Both the position numbers and the translations under genes were made by a program. Below, one piece after another: positions 59,250 through 64,000 of a stretch of 64,000 nt of DNA. Source of the DNA: Oscillospiraceae bacterium (GTDB lineage: Bacteria; Bacillota; Clostridia; Oscillospirales; Oscillospiraceae); contig WQSH01000001.1 of NCBI GenBank assembly GCA_009787995.1, positions 3,942-67,941 of the forward strand, read 5' to 3'. The notes under the pieces are model-generated. The model saw only the letters and a program-made list of their open reading frames with translations. It was not told the DNA's origin and did not search any database. Within the stretch, counting starts at the first letter, position 1; each line of letters starts with the position of its first letter.

Positions 59250-60467
59250 CTACGACCTATAGTCGCCGTTGATTTTTACGTAATCATATGTTAGGTCGCA
59301 CCCCCAGCATGTGCATCCGGCGTTGCCTTCGCTGAGCGTTATGTCTATAGTTACATCGCGCTCTGTCAGGATTTTTTTCGCAAATGCCTCGTCGAATGGC
59401 AGCCCGCGCCCATTTTCGCAGACAGATATCCGCCCTGCTGTCGACTCAAACGCAACGCAAACGCTGCCGGGGTCGAATTCGACGCCTGAATACCCCATTG
59501 CGCACAGCACCCTGCCCCAGTTTGCATCTGCGCCAAAAACCGCTGCTTTGGTTAGGGATGACGATATCACTGATTTCGACAGAGCTTCCGCCTCTTGCTC
59601 GTTCCTTGCGCCGCTGACGTGGCAGGTTATGAGATGGGTTGCGCCCTCTCCGTCCGCAGCTATCATTTTCGCAAGCTCGATGCATAGTGCGTCAAGAGCC
59701 TGTGCGAATAATTTATAGCCGTCGCCAATGTCCGTTATTTCTGCGTTGCCCGCAAGCCCGCTTGCAAGCAGGGATAGCATGTCGTTTGTTGATGTGTCGC
59801 CATCAACCGACACTCTGTTGAAACTAACATTTGTTGCGTTTTCCAGAGCCTTCTGCATCATTTCGGAGCTTATGGCGCAATCCGTCGTCAGGAATGCGAG
59901 CATCGTCCCCATATTGGGGTGGATCATGCCGCTTCCCTTTGCAATGCCTCCGATTCTGACAGGTTTTCCATCAATGGTTATTTCGGCGGCAAGCTCCTTC
60001 ATGGTGAGGTCGGTCGTCATTATCGCCGCCGCCGCATCATTTGATCCGTCGTATGTCAGCTTTGACGCAAGCTCGGCGACGCCGCCTTCTATGACCTCTA
60101 CGGGCAGGGTTTGGCCTATTACTCCGGTAGAGGCGACTATTACGTCGTCCTCGCTCAGCCCCAGCTCTGCGGCTATGGCGCGGCACATTCTATGGGCGTT
60201 TTCTTCGCCGTTTGGCGCACATGCGTTTGCGTTGCCGCTATTTGCTATGACCACGCATGCTTTGCCGTTTTTTAAGTGCTCCTTAGTTACATGGATTGGT
60301 GCAGCTTTCACCACGTTTTTCGTATAGACCGCCGCCGCCGAGCATTCGCAGTCTGCCACAATCAGCGCTAGGTCTTTTTTTCCGATGATATTTGTTTTGA
60401 CTCCCACGTGCATCCCCGATGCCCTAAAGCCTTTTGCGGCGCAGGCGCCGCCTTCGATGAAGTTCAT
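59250..60467 (-). CDS. argJ: Bifunctional ornithine acetyltransferase / N-acetylglutamate synthase
   Basis: Autoprocessing region IHPNMGTMLAFLTTD; length 405 aa. Confidence 0.93.
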   Translation of the reverse strand: MNFIEGGACAAKGFRASGMHVGVKTNIIGKKDLALIVADCECSAAAVYTKNVVKAAPIHVTKEHLKNGKACVVIANSGNANACAPNGEENAHRMCRAIAAELGLSEDDVIVASTGVIGQTLPVEVIEGGVAELASKLTYDGSNDAAAAIMTTDLTMKELAAEITIDGKPVRIGGIAKGSGMIHPNMGTMLAFLTTDCAISSEMMQKALENATNVSFNRVSVDGDTSTNDMLSLLASGLAGNAEITDIGDGYKLFAQALDALCIELAKMIAADGEGATHLITCHVSGARNEQEAEALSKSVISSSLTKAAVFGADANWGRVLCAMGYSGVEFDPGSVCVAFESTAGRISVCENGRGLPFDEAFAKKILTERDVTIDITLSEGNAGCTCWGCDLTYDYVKINGDYRS

Positions 60468-60508
60468 AAGTGTGTTCGTTCCTTTCAGCTCGTTTTGGGG
60501 CCTTGGCG

Positions 60509-61438
60509 CTATTCCAGCCCTTTTCCCTCGTCCATTCCGAGCATTATGTTCATATTCTGCACTGCGGCTCCTGAAGCTCCCTTGCCTAAATTATCAAGAC
60601 GCGCTGTGACAATTGTCAGCTCGGCATTCCCACTTACGGTCAGCTCCAGCATGTTCGTCCCTGCGCCCCAACTGCTTTCAAGCATTCCGCTTCCAAGTTC
60701 GGGCGCAACGGTCACAAATCGCTCCTCGGCGTAGTAGTTTGATAGCTCCCTGAGTATATCTGACGCCGAGGGGATTCCGTCCAACAGGTCATTGTGCAGT
60801 GCTATCGTGGCTGCGATTCCGCAATAGTAGTCGTCCACAATTGGGCAAAATACGGGCGGCCTCGACAGTCCGGTCACAGAGATTATTTCGGGAAGGTGCT
60901 TATGCCGGAGTTCCAGCCCATATATCCTCGGGGCGGACATTTCGGGCGTTTTGCTGCTTTCGTAGGCGTGAATCATTGTCTTTCCGCCGCCCGAATATCC
61001 AGTCAGCGATGTGCATGTCAGGGGGTAATCGCAGGGCATTATGCCAAGTTCTATGAGCGGATATGCCGCCGCTATGATGCCTGTTGAGTGGCAGCCCGGG
61101 TTTGCGACCCATCGCGCTTTTGCAATTTCTTCCCGCCTTTTTTTTGAGAGTTCGGGGAACCCATATGCCCAATCGGGGTCTGTCCTATGTGCCGTTGATG
61201 CGTCGATTACTCTTGTTTTCTCGTTTTCAATAAGCGAAACAGACTCTTTTGACGCTTCGTCCGGTAGGCACAGGAATACTATGTCTGCTTCATTTATCAT
61301 TTTTTTCCGCGCAGAGGCGTCTTTACGCTTTTGTTCTTCTATCAGCAGCATCTCTATGTCGCTGCGGCGGCCAAGGCGGTCGAATAATTGCAATCCAGTC
61401 GTGCCTTCCCGGCCGTCTATAAATATCTTTGGCTTCAT
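60509..61438 (-). CDS. argC: N-acetyl-gamma-glutamyl-phosphate reductase (short ~310-aa form)
   Basis: Active-site NPGCHSTG; N-terminal GREGTTG NAD motif. Confidence 0.9.
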   Translation of the reverse strand: MKPKIFIDGREGTTGLQLFDRLGRRSDIEMLLIEEQKRKDASARKKMINEADIVFLCLPDEASKESVSLIENEKTRVIDASTAHRTDPDWAYGFPELSKKRREEIAKARWVANPGCHSTGIIAAAYPLIELGIMPCDYPLTCTSLTGYSGGGKTMIHAYESSKTPEMSAPRIYGLELRHKHLPEIISVTGLSRPPVFCPIVDDYYCGIAATIALHNDLLDGIPSASDILRELSNYYAEERFVTVAPELGSGMLESSWGAGTNMLELTVSGNAELTIVTARLDNLGKGASGAAVQNMNIMLGMDEGKGLE

Positions 61439-61472
61439 ACGCTTCCCCAGCCTTTCAGCTTGTTGCTAGGAA

Positions 61473-61501
61473 AGTATAGCAGAGATTGTATAATTATGCA
61501 A
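61473..61501 (-). promoter_or_regulatory. Candidate argCJBD promoter
   Basis: On the minus strand: TTGCAT (61501..61496), 17-nt spacer, TATACT (61478..61473). Confidence 0.45.
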
Positions 61502-61517
61502 CAACTTTTAGAAATTT

Positions 61518-61555
61518 ATTGAATAATATGCGCTATTTTATGAATATTATTCAAT
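61518..61555. promoter_or_regulatory. ARG-box-like inverted repeat (candidate ArgR/AhrC operator)
   Basis: Perfect 12-bp inverted repeat attgaataatat (61518..61529) / atattattcaat (61544..61555). It contains TGAATA/TATTCA half-sites like the ARG-box TNTGAATWWWWATTCANW. Confidence 0.35.
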
Positions 61556-61751
61556 CAACGAGGGTTGCCCGGAGTGGGACCCAAGGGAGGATTCAAACAT
61601 TGACTATGCGCTTAAATCTGATATAATCGACCTAGGCGGCGAAAAAACAGCTGTGCTGCCTGGAGCGGATGAGATTCCGGTTATACCGATAAAGTAAGAA
61701 CGTTTGACGAATGTGCATGTGGGCGAAGCAGGAGGGCAGGGTTGTGTTGGT

Positions 61752-64000
61752 TTGAAACTCTTAACCATAGATGGCAACAGTATTATTAACCGCGCTTTTT
61801 ACGGAATTCGACAGCTTACGGCAGGGGATGGGACACCTACCAATGCCGTTTATGGATTTATATCCATACTGCAAAAGCTTATCAGCGACGAATCGCCGGA
61901 TGCGTTGTGCGTGACATTTGACACACCTGCGCCGACCTTCCGCCATGAGCGTTATGGCGAATACAAGGCGCACCGCACGGGCATGCCGGACGAGCTGGCG
62001 GTTCAGATGCCTATTTTGAAAGAAGTCCTGGATGCGATGAACATCCGTCGGTATGAGCTTGTCGGCTGGGAAGCCGATGATTTGCTTGGCACGTTGGCAA
62101 AAAACTGCGAAGCCCTGAATTGGGAATGCGTCATTGTCACAGGAGACAAGGACAGTTTGCAGCTGGTAACGGAGCACACGCGCGTGCGGAATGTCAAAAC
62201 ACGCAAAGGGCAGACGGAAACGAAGAACTATACCCCCTCTGTGTTTTTTGAAGAATACGGTTTTGAACCCGAAAAGATGGTTGACCTAAAAGCGCTGATG
62301 GGCGATTCATCCGACAACATACCGGGTGTCGCCGGAGTGGGCGAAAAGACTGCGCTCGATTTAGTCCGCAGGTTCGGCGGGATTGACAGAATTTTCTCCG
62401 ACTTGGACACGCTTGACATCAAAGACTCCGTGCGTAAGAAACTAGACGCAGGGCGTGAGCGTGCGGAACTATCCTATGAGCTTGCAACCATAAATTGCAG
62501 TGCGCCGCTCGAAATCAACCCCAATGACAGCCTGCGCTGCGAAGTGGACAACGATAGGCTGTTTGAAATTTTTAAGAGGCTTGGGTTTACTCGCTACATC
62601 AAAGAGTTTGCCCTAGCGCTCCCCACCGTTTCCGCTACCGTTGTGGAAAGGCCTACGATTATTGAAATATCTTCGGCAGAGGACTGCGCTGAGCTCCTCA
62701 GGGCTGCAAAAGGCGCCGAATGCGTTGCGGTCCGGGTGGACACGCTGCACTTTGACAGCATTGTGGTTGCGATATGCCCGAGCGAGGGGGGTGGCTCGCC
62801 CGGCACCTTCGCTCACAGCAAATCCGCCATTCTGCGGCGGGGCGCTACCGAAGGGTTTGACGAGGCGCTCAGGGTGCTCTTGAGCGGCGGCATCCGAAAG
62901 GTCGGGCATGATGTCAAGGATATCCTGCGTGCTTGCCTTGAGCGAGGAATTCCGTGCGGAGGCTGGGTCTTTGATACTGCGCTGGCGGCATATTTTATCT
63001 CTCCAACGGATAGCAGCTATGCAATTGGGCGGATTTCTGAGCGATATTGTGGGTATGCTCCGGGTGGGGGTGACGAGCCGGGTGGCCAGTTGACAATGCT
63101 CTCTGATTCAAGAAATGTGCTTGCCGAGGAAGCTCATGCGATTAGGTTGCTTCATGGAGCTTTGAGCGATAAGCTCAAGGAGTTCGATTTGGAGTCTGCG
63201 GGGGCGGATATTTGTCGGCGGGCAAGCGGGGGCGAGGCCCCTTACAGGGGGCTCTACTATGATGTTGAACTTCCACTTTGCAATGTCCTTGCGGACATGG
63301 AATTTGCGGGCTTTCTTGTGGACAAGGCCGCACTTGAACAATTTGGGAAAACCCTTGCCGAGAGCATAGGTGTAATAGAAGCGCAGATTTACGAGCAAGC
63401 CGAAGAGCCGTTTAACATCAACTCTCCAAAACAGCTAGGCTCCGTTTTATTTGACAAGCTGATGCTGCCCGCCCCGAAAAAGACCAAAACAGGATATTCA
63501 ACAAATATAGAAGTGCTCGACAGCTTGACAGGCAAGCATCCGATAATTTCGCTCATCAAGGATTATCGCGAGCTGGCAAAGCTGAAATCCACGTACGCTG
63601 ACGGGCTTTTGAAAGTGATAAAACCGGATGGGCGAATCCACACTCATTTCGGAATGACCGTTACCGCAACAGGCAGGCTATCCTCAACAGAGCCGAATTT
63701 GCAAAACATCCCCGTCAGGAAAGCGATGGGGGGCGAGCTTCGCAAGATGTTTGTGGCAAGGGAAGGGATGGTTTTGGTCGATGCGGACTACTCCCAGATA
63801 GAATTGCGTCTGCTTGCCCACATCTCAGAAGACCCGGTAATGATTGCCGCATTCGAGCGTGCCGATGATATTCATGCTGTGACGGCTTCGCAGGTGTTCG
63901 GGGTGCAGCTGGAGTCGGTGACGCCGGAGCAGCGTTTTCGGGCAAAGGCTGTAAATTTCGGCATTGTTTATGGAATCTCGGCGTTTTCTTTAGCAAACGA
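61752..64000 (+). CDS. polA: DNA polymerase I (5' part; runs off the window end)
   Basis: My own translation from the TTG at 61752 (Shine-Dalgarno GGAGGGCAGGG) gives MKLLTIDGNSIINRAFYG...GWEADDLLGT...GDSSDNIPGVAGVGEKTA (5'-nuclease domain). Later come ...LLPAPKKTKTGYSTNIEVL...DYSQIELRLLAH...RAKAVNFGIVYG (pol motifs A and B). There is no stop before position 64000. Confidence 0.93.
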   Translation, partial: MKLLTIDGNSIINRAFYGIRQLTAGDGTPTNAVYGFISILQKLISDESPDALCVTFDTPAPTFRHERYGEYKAHRTGMPDELAVQMPILKEVLDAMNIRRYELVGWEADDLLGTLAKNCEALNWECVIVTGDKDSLQLVTEHTRVRNVKTRKGQTETKNYTPSVFFEEYGFEPEKMVDLKALMGDSSDNIPGVAGVGEKTALDLVRRFGGIDRIFSDLDTLDIKDSVRKKLDAGRERAELSYELATINCSAPLEINPNDSLRCEVDNDRLFEIFKRLGFTRYIKEFALALPTVSATVVERPTIIEISSAEDCAELLRAAKGAECVAVRVDTLHFDSIVVAICPSEGGGSPGTFAHSKSAILRRGATEGFDEALRVLLSGGIRKVGHDVKDILRACLERGIPCGGWVFDTALAAYFISPTDSSYAIGRISERYCGYAPGGGDEPGGQLTMLSDSRNVLAEEAHAIRLLHGALSDKLKEFDLESAGADICRRASGGEAPYRGLYYDVELPLCNVLADMEFAGFLVDKAALEQFGKTLAESIGVIEAQIYEQAEEPFNINSPKQLGSVLFDKLMLPAPKKTKTGYSTNIEVLDSLTGKHPIISLIKDYRELAKLKSTYADGLLKVIKPDGRIHTHFGMTVTATGRLSSTEPNLQNIPVRKAMGGELRKMFVAREGMVLVDADYSQIELRLLAHISEDPVMIAAFERADDIHAVTASQVFGVQLESVTPEQRFRAKAVNFGIVYGISAFSLAN

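Noticed and set aside
61527-61697. Open frame without a start codon reading ...EWDPREDSNIDYALKSDIIDLGGEKTAVLPGADEIPVIPIK* between argC and polA.
   Set aside because: It looks protein-like, but I found no ATG, GTG or TTG in frame after the upstream stop at 61524. I recognised no motif. It overlaps the candidate arg operator. It is possibly a gene remnant and is not supportable as a feature.

Overview
This is a 64-kb origin-proximal segment of what looks like a Clostridia-class Firmicute chromosome. The taxon is inferred only from gene content and order. CENTRE: rpsT, dnaA, an oriC-like dnaA-dnaN spacer (one perfect DnaA box, two 1-mismatch boxes, a 31-nt pure A/T tract), then dnaN, yaaA, recF, remB (DUF370), gyrB, gyrA, rnhA. 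UPSTREAM: a plus-strand housekeeping block of an alanine-racemase-like protein, mutL, miaA, a HlyD-like protein, yggS, sepF, divIVA, ileS, lspA, rluD, tadA, a hydrolase, trmB and ogg. DOWNSTREAM: DUF1622, an FAD oxidoreductase, NUDIX, an ABC-2 exporter pair, a small AT-rich islet (hypothetical + ArsR/DUF2087), a PNPOx-like protein, an XRE-TPR regulator, argF, an M3 oligoendopeptidase, argD-argB-argJ-argC, and the 5' part of polA. LEFT 18 kb (accessory and signalling DNA): an ABC-2/DUF3021/LytTR/ACT cassette bracketed by ~85-bp direct repeats that each carry a perfect parS site; a REC-HD-GYP regulator; a histidine kinase/OmpR pair bracketed by 43-bp inverted repeats; an MCP; an orphan glycyl-radical activase. 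MOST NOTABLE: a three-gene operon (12531..17848) encoding a TerB-N/TerB-C protein, a DUF2791-like P-loop ATPase and a DEAD/DEAH helicase. This matches the architecture I recall as the Shango anti-phage system. I recognised no rRNA, tRNA, CRISPR array, transposase, integrase or phage structural gene. All domain calls rest on motif recognition by eye from the supplied translations; no searches were run.
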